Made by a program: the position numbers and the translations under genes. This document shows, piece by piece, positions 38,474 through 49,443 of a stretch of 64,000 nt of DNA. Within the stretch, counting starts at the first letter, position 1, and the number at the start of each line of letters is the position of its first letter. The DNA comes from Escherichia phage KK4: the sequence record OR327750.1, one strand, 5' to 3'. A model generated the notes under the pieces. The model did no database searches. It worked only from the letters and a program-made list of their open reading frames with translations, and had not been told where the DNA came from.

Positions 38474-39223
38474 ATGGCAAACATTATTCGTTGTAAATTA
38501 CCAGATGGTGTTCATCGTTTTAAACCATTTACGGTAGAAGATTATCGAGATTTTTTGTTAGTTCGAAACGATATAGAACATCGGTCACCACAAGAACAAA
38601 AAGAAATAATTACTGATTTAATTGATGATTATTTTGGAGACTATCCGAAGACTTGGCAACCATTTATATTTTTGCAGGTATTTGTAGGGTCAATAGGTAA
38701 AACTAAAGTACCAGTCACATTCGTATGTCCAAAATGTAAAAAAGAAAAGACAGTTCCATTTGAAATATATCAAAAAGAATTAAAGGAACCTGTTTTTGAT
38801 GTAGCTAATGTTAAAATTAAATTAAAGTTTCCTTCTGAGTTTTATGAAAATAAAGCAAAGATGATTACTGAAAATATTCATTCCGTCCAAGTAGATGAAA
38901 TTTGGTATGATTGGAAGGAAATTAGCGAGTCCAGTCAAATAGAACTTGTTGATGCCATTGAGATAGAAACATTAGAAAAAATTCTCGATGCAATGAATCC
39001 TATTAATTTAACTCTACATATGTCATGCTGTAATAAGTACATTAAAAAATACACTGATATAGTAGACGTGTTTAAGCTATTAGTTAACCCAGATGAGATA
39101 TTTACTTTTTATCAAATTAATCACACACTCGTAAAAAGTAATTATAGCTTAAATTCAATAATGAAAATGATTCCTGCCGAGCGCGGATTCGTATTAAAAC
39201 TGATTGAGAAGGATAAACAATAA
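38474..39223 (+). CDS. 51: baseplate hub assembly catalyst gp51
   Basis: 249 aa, same as T4 gp51; AAGGAG Shine-Dalgarno. Confidence 0.85.
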   Translation: MANIIRCKLPDGVHRFKPFTVEDYRDFLLVRNDIEHRSPQEQKEIITDLIDDYFGDYPKTWQPFIFLQVFVGSIGKTKVPVTFVCPKCKKEKTVPFEIYQKELKEPVFDVANVKIKLKFPSEFYENKAKMITENIHSVQVDEIWYDWKEISESSQIELVDAIEIETLEKILDAMNPINLTLHMSCCNKYIKKYTDIVDVFKLLVNPDEIFTFYQINHTLVKSNYSLNSIMKMIPAERGFVLKLIEKDKQ

Positions 39224-40398
39224 TGAGTATGTTGCAACGCCCCGGATATCCAAATCTCAGCGTTAAATTATTTGATAGCTACGACGCTTGGAGTAATAAT
39301 AGATTTGTTGAATTAGCTGCTACTATTACCACATTAACTATGCGGGATTCTCTTTATGGCCGAAATGAAGGAATGCTGCAGTTTTATGATTCTAAAAACA
39401 TCCATACAAAAATGGATGGAAATGAAATAATTCAGATTTCTGTAGCTAATGCAAATGATATTAATAATGTTAAAACACGAATTTATGGATGTAAGCATTT
39501 TTCTGTGTCAGTAGATTCAAAAGGTGATAACATCATTGCTATTGAATTGGGAACTATTCATTCTATAGAAAATCTTAAATTTGGTCGACCATTTTTCCCT
39601 GATGCAGGTGAATCTATAAAAGAAATGCTTGGCGTCATTTATCAAGACCGCACATTATTAACTCCAGCAATAAATGCTATAAATGCTTATGTTCCTGATA
39701 TTCCATGGACTAGTACATTTGAAAATTATTTGTCATATGTAAGAGAAGTTGCTCTAGCTGTAGGAAGTGACAAATTTGTATTTGTATGGCAAGACATCAT
39801 GGGAGTTAACATGATGGACTATGATATGATGATAAATCAAGAACCATATCCTATGATTGTCGGTGAGCCATCTTTAATAGGTCAATTTGTCCAAGAATTA
39901 AAATATCCATTAGCATATGATTTTGTTTGGTTGACTAAATCGAATCCTCACAAACGTGACCCAATGAAAAATGCTACTATCTATGCTCATTCATTTTTAG
40001 ATTCTTCATTGCCAATGATTACTACAGGAAAGGGTGAAAACTCTATTGTGGTGTCAAGGTCAGGTGCTTATTCTGAAATGACTTATAGGAATGGATATGA
40101 AGAAGCTATTCGTCTTCAAACTATGGCACAATATGACGGCTATGCTAAATGTTCTACTGTCGGTAATTTTAACTTGACTCCTGGTGTTAAAATTATTTTT
40201 AATGATAGTAAAAACCAATTTAAAACAGAATTTTACGTTGATGAAGTTATCCATGAATTATCAAATAATAATTCAGTAACTCATCTTTATATGTTCACTA
40301 ATGCAACGAAACTGGAAACAATAGACCCAGTTAAGGTTAAAAATGAATTTAAATCTGATACTACCACTGAAGAAAGTAGTTCTTCCAATAAGCAATAA
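39223..40398 (+). CDS. 27: baseplate hub subunit gp27
   Basis: 391 aa, same as T4 gp27. Confidence 0.9.
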   Translation: MSMLQRPGYPNLSVKLFDSYDAWSNNRFVELAATITTLTMRDSLYGRNEGMLQFYDSKNIHTKMDGNEIIQISVANANDINNVKTRIYGCKHFSVSVDSKGDNIIAIELGTIHSIENLKFGRPFFPDAGESIKEMLGVIYQDRTLLTPAINAINAYVPDIPWTSTFENYLSYVREVALAVGSDKFVFVWQDIMGVNMMDYDMMINQEPYPMIVGEPSLIGQFVQELKYPLAYDFVWLTKSNPHKRDPMKNATIYAHSFLDSSLPMITTGKGENSIVVSRSGAYSEMTYRNGYEEAIRLQTMAQYDGYAKCSTVGNFNLTPGVKIIFNDSKNQFKTEFYVDEVIHELSNNNSVTHLYMFTNATKLETIDPVKVKNEFKSDTTTEESSSSNKQ

Positions 40399-40876
40399 AG
40401 AAGTTTCTATTCCTAAAATGGGTCTTAAACATTATAACATTTTAAAGGATGTTAAAGGTCCTGATGAAAATTTAAAACTTCTTATTGATTCTATTTGTCC
40501 GAATTTATCACCGGCAGAAGTTGATTTCGTTTCTATTCATTTATTGGAATTTAATGGAAAGATTAAATCTCGTAAAGAAATAGATGGTTATACTTATGAC
40601 ATTAATGATGTTTATGTGTGCCAAAGATTAGAATTTCAATACCAAGGAAATACATTTTATTTTAGACCTCCTGGAAAATTTGAACAATTTTTAACGGTGA
40701 GCGATATGTTGTCTAAATGCTTGCTTAGGGTCAACGATGAAGTTAAAGAAATTAATTTTCTTGAGATGCCAGCATTCGTTTTAAAATGGGCAAATGATAT
40801 TTTTACAACTTTAGCAATTCCTGGCCCTAATGGTCCAATAACTGGAATTGGCAATATTATTGGATTATTTGAATGA
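40343..40876 (+). CDS. 28: baseplate hub distal subunit gp28
   Basis: 177 aa, same as T4 gp28; overlaps the 3' end of gene 27. Confidence 0.8.
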   Translation: MNLNLILPLKKVVLPISNKEVSIPKMGLKHYNILKDVKGPDENLKLLIDSICPNLSPAEVDFVSIHLLEFNGKIKSRKEIDGYTYDINDVYVCQRLEFQYQGNTFYFRPPGKFEQFLTVSDMLSKCLLRVNDEVKEINFLEMPAFVLKWANDIFTTLAIPGPNGPITGIGNIIGLFE

Positions 40877-42645
40877 AAAAGCCACAAGAAATGCAAACGA
40901 TGCGTAGAAAAGTTATTTCAGATAATAAACCAACACAGGAAGCGGCTAAATCCGCTTCTAACACTTTATCTGGACTTAATGATATATCTACGAAATTGGA
41001 TGATGCTCAAGCTGCTTCTGAATTAATAGCTCAAACTGTCGAAGAAAAATCGAATGAAATAGTTGGAGCAATTGGTAACGTAGAAAGCGCAGTGAGTGAT
41101 ACTACTGCCGGTTCTGAGTTAATTGCTGAAACTGTCGAAATTGGCAACAATATTAATAAAGAAATCGGTGAATCACTAGGAAGCAAATTAGATAAATTAA
41201 CAAGTTTACTAGAGCAAAAAATTCAGACAGCTGGAATTCAACAGACTGGGACTAGTTTAGCCACAGTTGAAAGCGCTATTCCTGTTAAAGTCGTTGAGGA
41301 TGATACTGCTGAATCTGTGGGTCCTTTATTACCGGCTCCCGAAGCAGTTAATAATGATCCTGACGCTGATTTTTTCCCTACCCCTCAACCAGTTGAGCCA
41401 AAGCAAGAATCGCCAGAAGAAAAACAGAAAAAAGAAGCATTTAACTTAAAATTATCTCAAGCTTTAGATAAATTAACAAAGACTGTTGATTTTGGATTTA
41501 AAAAATCCATTTCAATTAGTGATAAAATATCAAGCATGTTATTTAAGTACACCATCAGTGCTGCTATTGAAGCCGCTAAAATGACTGCAATGATATTGGC
41601 TGTTGTTGTTGGAATAGATTTGCTGATGGTTCACTTTAAATATTGGTCAGATAAATTTTCAAAAGCCTGGGATTTATTTAATACTGACTTTACTAAATTC
41701 TCTAGCGAAACCGGAACTTGGGGTCCTTTATTACAGAGCATCTTTGATTCTATTGATAAAATTAAACAACTTTGGGAAGCGGGAGATTGGGGTGGATTGA
41801 CAGCAGCTATCGTAGAAGGACTCGGAAGTGTTCTTTTTAATTTAGGAGAGCTTATTCAATTAGGTATGGCTAAATTATCTGCTGCAATTCTTCGAGTCAT
41901 TCCTGGTATGAAGGATACCGCTGATGAAGTAGAAGGAAGAGCATTGGAAAATTTCCAAAATTCTACTGGAGCATCTCTCAATAAAGAAGACCAAGAAAAA
42001 GTTGCAAATTATCAAGATAAACGAATGAATGGAGACCTTGGTCCGATAGCAAAAGGATTAGATAAAATTGCTAATTGGAAAACTCGTGCATCTAATTGGA
42101 TTCGTGGGGTTGATAATAAAGAAGCACTAACTACCGACGAAGAACGTGCAGCAGAAGAAGAAAAATTAAAGCAGCTTTCACCTGAAGAAAGAAAAAATGC
42201 TTTAATGAAGGCTAATGAAGCACGTGCCGCGATGATTCGTTTTGAAAAATATGCTGATTCAGCTGATATGAGTAAAGACTCAACGGTTAAATCAGTTGAA
42301 GCTGCCTATGAAGACCTTAAAAAACGGATGGATGACCCGGATTTAAATAATTCACCGGCAGTTAAAAAAGAACTTACTGCTAGATTTTCTAAAATTGATG
42401 CTACTTATCAAGAGCTCAAGAAAAATCAGCCTAATGCCAAACCTGAAACTTCTGCTAAATCGCCAGAAGCAAAACAAGTCCAGGTAATAGAAAAGAACAA
42501 AGCACAGCAAGCTCCTGTTCAACAAGCATCTCCTTCAATCAATAATACTAATAATGTTATTAAGAAAAATACTGTCGTTCATAATATGACACCCGTAACG
42601 AGCACGACTGCTCCTGGTGTATTTGGCGCGACTGGAGTTAATTAA
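40873..42645 (+). CDS. 29: tail length tape-measure / baseplate hub protein gp29
   Basis: 590 aa, same as T4 gp29. Confidence 0.9.
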   Translation: MKKPQEMQTMRRKVISDNKPTQEAAKSASNTLSGLNDISTKLDDAQAASELIAQTVEEKSNEIVGAIGNVESAVSDTTAGSELIAETVEIGNNINKEIGESLGSKLDKLTSLLEQKIQTAGIQQTGTSLATVESAIPVKVVEDDTAESVGPLLPAPEAVNNDPDADFFPTPQPVEPKQESPEEKQKKEAFNLKLSQALDKLTKTVDFGFKKSISISDKISSMLFKYTISAAIEAAKMTAMILAVVVGIDLLMVHFKYWSDKFSKAWDLFNTDFTKFSSETGTWGPLLQSIFDSIDKIKQLWEAGDWGGLTAAIVEGLGSVLFNLGELIQLGMAKLSAAILRVIPGMKDTADEVEGRALENFQNSTGASLNKEDQEKVANYQDKRMNGDLGPIAKGLDKIANWKTRASNWIRGVDNKEALTTDEERAAEEEKLKQLSPEERKNALMKANEARAAMIRFEKYADSADMSKDSTVKSVEAAYEDLKKRMDDPDLNNSPAVKKELTARFSKIDATYQELKKNQPNAKPETSAKSPEAKQVQVIEKNKAQQAPVQQASPSINNTNNVIKKNTVVHNMTPVTSTTAPGVFGATGVN

Positions 42646-42653
42646 GGAATAAT

Positions 42654-43748
42654 ATGGCAATTGTTAAAGAAATAACTGCTGATTTAATTAAAAAGTCTGG
42701 TGAGAAAATTTCAGCCGGGCAGAGTACTAAATCAGAAGTAGGAACTAAAACATACACAGCCCAGTTTCCAACTGGGCGTGCTAGTGGTAATGACACTACA
42801 GGGGACTTCCAGGTAACAGATCTATATAAGAATGGATTATTATTTACTGCATACAATATGTCATCTAGGGATTCTGGAAGTCTTAGATCGATGAGATCTA
42901 ACTACTCTTCTTCATCTTCGAGTATTTTACGTACAGCCAGAAACACTATTAGTAGTACAGTATCAAAACTATCAAATGGATTAATATCAAATAATAATTC
43001 AGGAACAATAAGTAAAGCTCCTATCGCAAACATTCTTTTACCGAGATCTAAATCTGATGTTGATACATCATCACATAGATTTAATGATGTTCAAGAAAGC
43101 CTTATCAGTAGAGGCGGAGGTACTGCTACTGGAGTGCTAAGTAATATTGCTTCAACCGCAGTATTTGGGGCGCTGGAAAGTATAACACAAGGTATAATGG
43201 CTGATAATAATGAACAGATTTATACGACAGCCAGAAGTATGTATGGTGGTGCTGAAAATAGAACTAAAGTGTTTACATGGGATTTGACTCCACGTTCAAC
43301 AGAAGATTTAATGGCTATTATTAATATCTATCAATATTTTAACTATTTTTCTTATGGTGAAACGGGTAAATCTCAATATGCTGCTGAAATAAAGGGGTAT
43401 TTAGATGATTGGTATCGTTCTACGTTAATTGAACCTTTATCTCCAGAAGACGCAGCTAAAAATAAAACACTATTTGAGAAAATGACATCGAGCTTAACTA
43501 ACGTTCTAGTGGTTTCAAACCCGACAATTTGGATGGTGAAAAACTTTGGTGCAACATCTAAGTTTGATGGAAAAACGGAAATATTTGGCCCATGTCAAAT
43601 CCAGAGTATCAGATTTGACAAAACACCTAATGGTAACTTTAACGGATTAGCTATTGCTCCAAACCTCCCTAGTACATTTACTCTCGAGATTACTATGAGA
43701 GAAATTATCACGTTAAACCGTGCTTCTTTATATGCGGGGACTTTTTAA
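42654..43748 (+). CDS. 48: baseplate tail tube cap gp48
   Basis: 364 aa, same as T4 gp48. Confidence 0.9.
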   Translation: MAIVKEITADLIKKSGEKISAGQSTKSEVGTKTYTAQFPTGRASGNDTTGDFQVTDLYKNGLLFTAYNMSSRDSGSLRSMRSNYSSSSSSILRTARNTISSTVSKLSNGLISNNNSGTISKAPIANILLPRSKSDVDTSSHRFNDVQESLISRGGGTATGVLSNIASTAVFGALESITQGIMADNNEQIYTTARSMYGGAENRTKVFTWDLTPRSTEDLMAIINIYQYFNYFSYGETGKSQYAAEIKGYLDDWYRSTLIEPLSPEDAAKNKTLFEKMTSSLTNVLVVSNPTIWMVKNFGATSKFDGKTEIFGPCQIQSIRFDKTPNGNFNGLAIAPNLPSTFTLEITMREIITLNRASLYAGTF

Positions 43749-44713
43749 TGTATTCTTTAGAGGAATTTAATAATCAAGCAATAAACGCAGATTTCCAACG
43801 TAATAATATGTTTAGCTGCGTTTTTGCAACAACTCCATCAACTAAAAGCTCTTCGTTGATAAGTTCAATTAGCAACTTTTCTTATAATAACTTGGGCCTA
43901 AATTCAGATTGGCTAGGATTAACTCAAGGTGATATTAATCAGGGAATTACCACGCTAATTACAGCTGGCACACAAAAACTGATAAGAAAATCAGGGGTTA
44001 GTAAATATCTTATTGGTGCCATGAGTCAACGTACAGTTCAAAGTTTATTAGGCTCATTTACAGTTGGTACATATTTAATTGACTTCTTTAACATGGCATA
44101 TAACTCATCTGGATTGATGATATATTCTGTAAAAATGCCAGAGAATAGATTATCCTATGAAACTGACTGGAACTATAATTCTCCTAATATTCGTATAACT
44201 GGAAGAGAATTAGACCCTTTGGTTATTTCATTTAGAATGGATTCAGAAGCTTGTAACTATCGTGCAATGCAAGACTGGGTTAACTCTGTTCAAGACCCAG
44301 TAACTGGATTACGTGCTTTGCCACAAGATGTCGAGGCAGATATTCAGGTTAATCTTCATTCTCGTAATGGATTGCCTCATACTGCGGTGATGTTCACCGG
44401 ATGCATTCCAGTGTCAGTGAGCGCTCCTGAGTTATCATATGATGGAGATAACCAAATAACTACATTTGATGTTACTTTTGCGTATAGAGTCATGCAGGCT
44501 GGAGCAGTTGATAGACAAGCTGCGCTTGAATGGCTTGAATCTGCTGCTATAAATGGTATTCAAAGCGTTCTCGGAAATAGTGGAGGTGTTACTGGACTAT
44601 CTAATTCGCTTTCACGACTTAGTAGATTAGGAGGGACTGCAGGAAGCATTTCAAACATTAATACTATGACAGGGATTGTCAATTCACAGAGTAAAATATT
44701 AGGAGCAATATAA
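43748..44713 (+). CDS. 54: baseplate tail tube initiator gp54
   Basis: 321 aa (T4 gp54 about 320 aa). Confidence 0.9.
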   Translation: MYSLEEFNNQAINADFQRNNMFSCVFATTPSTKSSSLISSISNFSYNNLGLNSDWLGLTQGDINQGITTLITAGTQKLIRKSGVSKYLIGAMSQRTVQSLLGSFTVGTYLIDFFNMAYNSSGLMIYSVKMPENRLSYETDWNYNSPNIRITGRELDPLVISFRMDSEACNYRAMQDWVNSVQDPVTGLRALPQDVEADIQVNLHSRNGLPHTAVMFTGCIPVSVSAPELSYDGDNQITTFDVTFAYRVMQAGAVDRQAALEWLESAAINGIQSVLGNSGGVTGLSNSLSRLSRLGGTAGSISNINTMTGIVNSQSKILGAI

Positions 44714-44717
44714 CAAT

Positions 44718-44747
44718 GGGGACCTTTCGGTCCCCATATTTTTATTT
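44718..44747. terminator. bidirectional terminator between convergent gene 54 and the alt cluster
   Basis: GGGGACC-TTTC-GGTCCCC perfect 7-bp stem followed by ATATTTTTATTT. Confidence 0.65.
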
Positions 44748-45032
44748 ACGGAATGAAATGAAAGCAGCAACTGAAGCAACTAAACTGTCTTCAATATAAA
44801 CTTCAATTTTTACCGGAGCTTCTGACTCAAATTTACCTGTTACTACACCTTGGAAAATACTTTCAGTTTGTTCTGGCTTTGAAAAATTTTCAGAAGGAAA
44901 AATTCCGAACTTTTTATCTGTTCCAAAAATTTTAATAAATTCATCGTAAACTGCTTCATTAAAAGCATTATCAGCAGGAATAACGCCTTCAACTACAAGT
45001 TCTTGACCTAAAAAGCGCAAAGAAGATTTCAT
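44742..45032 (-). CDS. hypothetical protein (alt.-3-like position)
   Basis: 96 aa ORF with ATG start, last gene of the minus-strand alt transcription unit. Confidence 0.55.
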   Translation of the reverse strand: MKSSLRFLGQELVVEGVIPADNAFNEAVYDEFIKIFGTDKKFGIFPSENFSKPEQTESIFQGVVTGKFESEAPVKIEVYIEDSLVASVAAFISFRK

Positions 45033-45092
45033 TTTGTGTTCCTCATGTTATGTCAGTAAGACTACTATAACACAACATAAGGAACTTGTAAA

Positions 45093-47150
45093 CTACATTT
45101 TGAACTTTTTAGACATTCCGTTGATGTTAACCAAAGAAGCCAAGATTTGAGAAACTTCGTTTTCCTCTTCTTTTGATTCTTCTACAAGGAATTGATTAAA
45201 TCCAGCCATTGGACGAACTTCACCAGTTTCCATTAAATGGTCTCCATCATATACTGATTCTTCTAATTGTTCAGAAGGAGGAACGATTGTACCTTCGATT
45301 AGATACTTGTTATAAGCAGTTTCTTTCATAAAGTACGTACTTACTTTATTAATCTTTAGTAAAATTCCACGCGGTAGAATAACTTCAGCTTCTGATGGAA
45401 ATCCTGATAAATGACCTGGAACGATAACTTTGATTCGCTCAGCTCCTTCAATTACCATACCCACGCTAGTTTCAGCATCTTCATTAGCATATGTAGAATG
45501 ACTACCCATATGCATCAAATCTTCTGCATCAACGGAACCTTCTCCTTCGCCAGAAAATACTGCGCCGGAATCATCTAGAGCCATATAGTTTTTACCGTGC
45601 TCACCGAAGATATTTGGTTTAAGCGATGTAGATACGAAGTTCTTGAAATAGAACATTTTGTTTTCAATGTTATGACGCAAAGTTTTAAAGGTAACTTCTT
45701 GTCCGCGATAAAGCGTAGTTCCTGGAGGAAGAACTGAACCTTTAGCGAATGCAGAATCCAACGTCTCGATGTGCTTAATAGCACGTTCCATATATTCTTC
45801 ACGGGTAGAATCTGGTTTACCCAAAAGGAACGAGTTCATTTCAACATATGAATCTGCGCAATAATCTTCAATTACGTCAGATTCAGCTTGAGTTAATCCT
45901 TTTGGAGTTACTTCAGTACTTGCGTATTCATATGCCTGGGCAGCAGATTCATTAATTAATTTATAAATGCCATTCATTACAAATTGAATAATAGCTGTCT
46001 TTTCATCTGGCGTGGCTTTAGAACCTTTAACTAAATCATTAATAATTTTCTTAATAACATCAAAGCTATTAGAAATATTAATATCAGCAAGATCGCTTAA
46101 AATTTTATCAGTTTTATAATCAAAGAATTCTTTATTCTTTAAATATTCTTGAGAACCTTGATATGTTATATCGCTCTGCAACTTGATAGATGGATCACGT
46201 AAACGTGCATGGGCCAATGCAATATGATTTCGGAAGCTTTCTAGTTCATAATCGTTAGATTTAAAACGAGAAGCACTTCTCATACCACCGATAGCTCCTT
46301 TGCTGAAGTTTGAACCAATCTGGATAACGCCAGAGTTCATCGGACCTTCTGCTTTATATACCGGAACTTTAGATTCAAACTCTTGATATTTCTTGGCAGC
46401 GAAGCTATCACCCTGAAGTGAAGCATCAACAGTAGAATATTGAGCTTGTGCTGCTAATCGACGACTGATTTTAGTTTTCTGAATAACAGCTTGGTCCGTG
46501 CGCTTATCATTTTCTAAAGCAATAGAAGCAGCAACAGCAACAGCTTTAGGAACAGCATTACCTGTTTTAACGTCTACATAAACATCACCGACCTTTGATT
46601 CAACTTTTGTGAATAACTCAGTTGAAATAGGAGGTACACCTGGAATGTCTTCTAAATTGGCATTTTTACGGTAAACCATAATATATGCATATTTCTTATC
46701 ATAGTCCCAGATTTCCTTTAAAAGAACATATCGACCTGCTCCTTTAGTACGTACTAAACGGTCAGCAATAACTTGCATTTGACGAGCTGCACCATTTGTT
46801 TTACTCTTTAGTACACGGAATAAGCACGCGTCAATTTTATACTGCTTCATTGTTTGAAGAGCAGTATCAAAAACAGCATTAATGACGCCAATTGGATTTC
46901 CACCCAAGTTTCTAAGCTTAACCAGCGATAATTTCTCGTTGACACCTATCATTACGATATGCATCATTTTATCGCCTGGCTTAACGTTTTTATTTGTATC
47001 ACCGCCAGAGGTGTATGTACAAAATCTAAATCCAGAAAGCACACTTTCTTCGCCGGCTTGAATAGCAAAAATTTGTGGTATTTTATGCTTAGGATTTAAG
47101 TTAACAACCGGCGCCGAAGCGCCGTCAAATAATTCTGTAATGAGTTCCAT
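45093..47150 (-). CDS. Alt-family mono-ADP-ribosyltransferase paralog (alt.-2-like position)
   Basis: 685 aa; N-terminus MELITELFD...CTYTSGGDTN parallels the adjacent Alt; C-terminal R-S-E transferase signature (TLYRGQ, FVSTSL, EAEVILPRG). Confidence 0.85.
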   Translation of the reverse strand: MELITELFDGASAPVVNLNPKHKIPQIFAIQAGEESVLSGFRFCTYTSGGDTNKNVKPGDKMMHIVMIGVNEKLSLVKLRNLGGNPIGVINAVFDTALQTMKQYKIDACLFRVLKSKTNGAARQMQVIADRLVRTKGAGRYVLLKEIWDYDKKYAYIMVYRKNANLEDIPGVPPISTELFTKVESKVGDVYVDVKTGNAVPKAVAVAASIALENDKRTDQAVIQKTKISRRLAAQAQYSTVDASLQGDSFAAKKYQEFESKVPVYKAEGPMNSGVIQIGSNFSKGAIGGMRSASRFKSNDYELESFRNHIALAHARLRDPSIKLQSDITYQGSQEYLKNKEFFDYKTDKILSDLADINISNSFDVIKKIINDLVKGSKATPDEKTAIIQFVMNGIYKLINESAAQAYEYASTEVTPKGLTQAESDVIEDYCADSYVEMNSFLLGKPDSTREEYMERAIKHIETLDSAFAKGSVLPPGTTLYRGQEVTFKTLRHNIENKMFYFKNFVSTSLKPNIFGEHGKNYMALDDSGAVFSGEGEGSVDAEDLMHMGSHSTYANEDAETSVGMVIEGAERIKVIVPGHLSGFPSEAEVILPRGILLKINKVSTYFMKETAYNKYLIEGTIVPPSEQLEESVYDGDHLMETGEVRPMAGFNQFLVEESKEEENEVSQILASLVNINGMSKKFKM

Positions 47151-47153
47151 GAT

Positions 47154-49205
47154 TTATCCTTGAACGAACTTGTAAGGCATGTTTGCAATATCTATACAAG
47201 ACGCAATAATTCCAAGAGATGATTCTACTTTCTGTTTAACATTTGATGAAACAAATGATGCAAAGTCAACTCTATCTTCTATATCACCTGTCATTGTAAC
47301 TACTTCGCCGGTTTCCATTAAACGGTCACCGTCATAAATTACTGATTCGGTGAGTTCTTCGGTGGTCATAACTTCAGCTTGAATAAGCTTGTTGTTAGTT
47401 TTGACTGTTCCATCATTGTAAGATGCATCAGTTATTTTATTAACTTTGACCATTAATCCACGTGGCAAAATGACTTCCATTTCATTTGAAGGCGCTAAAC
47501 TTCCACCGGGTAAAACAACATTGACTTTATCAGCCCCAGTAATAACCCATCCAATTCCGACTAAATTATCGCTAGAATTAACAAGCCCTTCATCATTTTT
47601 ATCGATAGAAATGTTTAGACGCTTTTCATCTGGTAAAACACCAACAGCTGAATCAGTCATCCAAGTACCAAAAATGTTTGGATATAATGATGTTGATACA
47701 AAATTTCTAAAATAAAAAACTCGATTTTTTACCATTGCTTCGTATATTGAAGGTAACATTCGTTGTGAACGATACAAAGTAATACCTTTTGGTAATCGTT
47801 CACCATTTTTAAAGGCTGAATCTAAATTATCAATAGCTTTTTCTATGTCAGATGCTGTCAAAATACTTGTACGCTCATCTGGATTATATAATCCCAAAAG
47901 AGCATTATTTATGTCTACATATCCTGAACCTACGTATTCACGAATTCCGCGTTTTTGTGCTGGTGTGTATTTAGATGAATCTTTATTTTCGACTATAGGA
48001 TGTAATGACCATCCAGCTGTAAGAGCATATCCACGTAATTCTCTTCGAATAATCTTTGTTTTTATTGCATTCCAAGAATTTTGTACTAACTCATTTGCAG
48101 CATCTTGGTTTAAATGCGAATGTTTGTTAATATTTCTTTCAAACCAAGCACCTTTATATTTTTCTAAAGTATCATCGACGATAGAAGCAATAGTTTCTAA
48201 AGTTTTTATTGAAGTAATAGATTCTTTTCGTAATTTTTCTAAAGCTTTATTTTTTATTTCTGCATTAATAATGGATTCTTTATCTTCAGGAATTATAGAA
48301 GCTTCTCTGAATGCCATCCCAGCTGTAACACTGCTAAGAGCATTCTCTAGTGCAAATCCTGAAGTAGAAATTACCGTTAATTCATTAGAATCAGAAATTA
48401 AAGGCGCATCAGCGGGTTTATTTAATTCTGCTGCTGAAGCCTCAAATTTTTGAAACATCGGTGTTTCAAATCTAGAAGATTCCAATGACTGACTTTGTGC
48501 AATTGCTCTACGGGAAATTTTAACTTTAACGATTACAGCTTGGTCAGAACGTTTATCATTTTCTTGTGCAATAGATGCTGCAATTGCCTCATTTTTGGTT
48601 ACTTGAGCTCCGGTATCTTTATTGATATAAACATCACCGACCTTCGATTCAACTTTAGTAAAGAGCTCGGTACTAATTTCCGGAACTCCTGGAATGTCTT
48701 CTAGTGATACATTTTTGCGATGTATAAGAATATATGCATACTTTTTATCATAATCCCAGAGTTCCTTAAGAAGGACGTATCTGCCACCTGAACGACTACG
48801 GATAAGTCTATCAGCAATAACTTGAATTTGTCGAGCTTGACCAGCGGTTTTAGACTTAAGAATACGAAGCATACAAGCATCAATTTTATACTGACGCATT
48901 GTTTGCATTGCAACAGTAAAAACTGAATTGATATAATTAATTGGGCTTGGACCAAGACCTTTTAATTTAGCAATTGAACCTTTAGCGGTTAATGTAAAAG
49001 GAACAATATGCATCATTTTATCGCCCATTTTTAAATCGCGATTAGTATCACCTCCAGATGTATAAGTACATAAACGAAAGCCTGGTTGTTCAATTGCATC
49101 ATCAACATGAACTGAAAAAATTTGCGGTATTTTCTTCTTTGGATTTAAGTTTGTAATCGGAAGAGTAGTATCTTCGTCAAATAATTCTGTAATAAGTTCC
49201 ATCAT
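47154..49205 (-). CDS. alt: Alt mono-ADP-ribosyltransferase (virion-packaged, modifies host RNA polymerase)
   Basis: 683 aa by ORF track (682 aa if translation starts at the second Met, 49202); C-terminal R-S-E signature (TLYRSQ, FVSTSL, EMEVILPRG); T4 Alt is 682 aa. Confidence 0.85.
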   Translation of the reverse strand: MMELITELFDEDTTLPITNLNPKKKIPQIFSVHVDDAIEQPGFRLCTYTSGGDTNRDLKMGDKMMHIVPFTLTAKGSIAKLKGLGPSPINYINSVFTVAMQTMRQYKIDACMLRILKSKTAGQARQIQVIADRLIRSRSGGRYVLLKELWDYDKKYAYILIHRKNVSLEDIPGVPEISTELFTKVESKVGDVYINKDTGAQVTKNEAIAASIAQENDKRSDQAVIVKVKISRRAIAQSQSLESSRFETPMFQKFEASAAELNKPADAPLISDSNELTVISTSGFALENALSSVTAGMAFREASIIPEDKESIINAEIKNKALEKLRKESITSIKTLETIASIVDDTLEKYKGAWFERNINKHSHLNQDAANELVQNSWNAIKTKIIRRELRGYALTAGWSLHPIVENKDSSKYTPAQKRGIREYVGSGYVDINNALLGLYNPDERTSILTASDIEKAIDNLDSAFKNGERLPKGITLYRSQRMLPSIYEAMVKNRVFYFRNFVSTSLYPNIFGTWMTDSAVGVLPDEKRLNISIDKNDEGLVNSSDNLVGIGWVITGADKVNVVLPGGSLAPSNEMEVILPRGLMVKVNKITDASYNDGTVKTNNKLIQAEVMTTEELTESVIYDGDRLMETGEVVTMTGDIEDRVDFASFVSSNVKQKVESSLGIIASCIDIANMPYKFVQG

Positions 49206-49225
49206 AGCCTCTCTAGTGTTTATTC

Positions 49226-49233
49226 TATTTATA
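49226..49233 (-). promoter_or_regulatory. late promoter motif TATAAATA (minus strand) upstream of alt
   Basis: plus-strand TATTTATA about 20 bp upstream of the alt ATG; Alt is a late, packaged protein in T4. Confidence 0.5.
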
Positions 49234-49238
49234 AAATT

Positions 49239-49256
49239 AAAGGCCCGAAGGCCTTT
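49239..49256 (-). terminator. hairpin terminator between the ligase operon and alt
   Basis: AAAGGCC-CGAA-GGCCTTT perfect 7-bp stem overlapping the stop codon of the 62-aa ORF; on the minus strand followed by AATTTTAT. Confidence 0.5.
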
Positions 49257-49443
49257 AGTAATCTAGTGGTAAGAGAGTACGATATATTTCAAACTTTGGT
49301 CCTTTTTCATAGGCATCAAATGTTTCTGTAAATTTATTATAAGCGTATGCATCTACAAATTCGAGAATGACTTGTGATACAGAAGTAGAAACATCTCCAC
49401 CTTCTTTTTGAGCAATGACAATTGTTTCTAAGTAAGCTTTCAT
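49255..49443 (-). CDS. hypothetical protein, 62 aa
   Basis: ATG start overlaps the DNA ligase stop codon (ATGA), suggesting translational coupling. Confidence 0.45.
   Translation of the reverse strand: MKAYLETIVIAQKEGGDVSTSVSQVILEFVDAYAYNKFTETFDAYEKGPKFEIYRTLLPLDY

Noticed and set aside
47845-48453. 202-aa plus-strand ORF inside alt
   Set aside because: Antisense to alt, overlapped entirely by a well-supported gene, no ribosome-binding site.
45093-49205. Possibility that the two Alt genes are an assembly duplication
   Set aside because: The copies are clearly diverged in sequence and differ in length, so they are true paralogs, not a collapsed or duplicated repeat.
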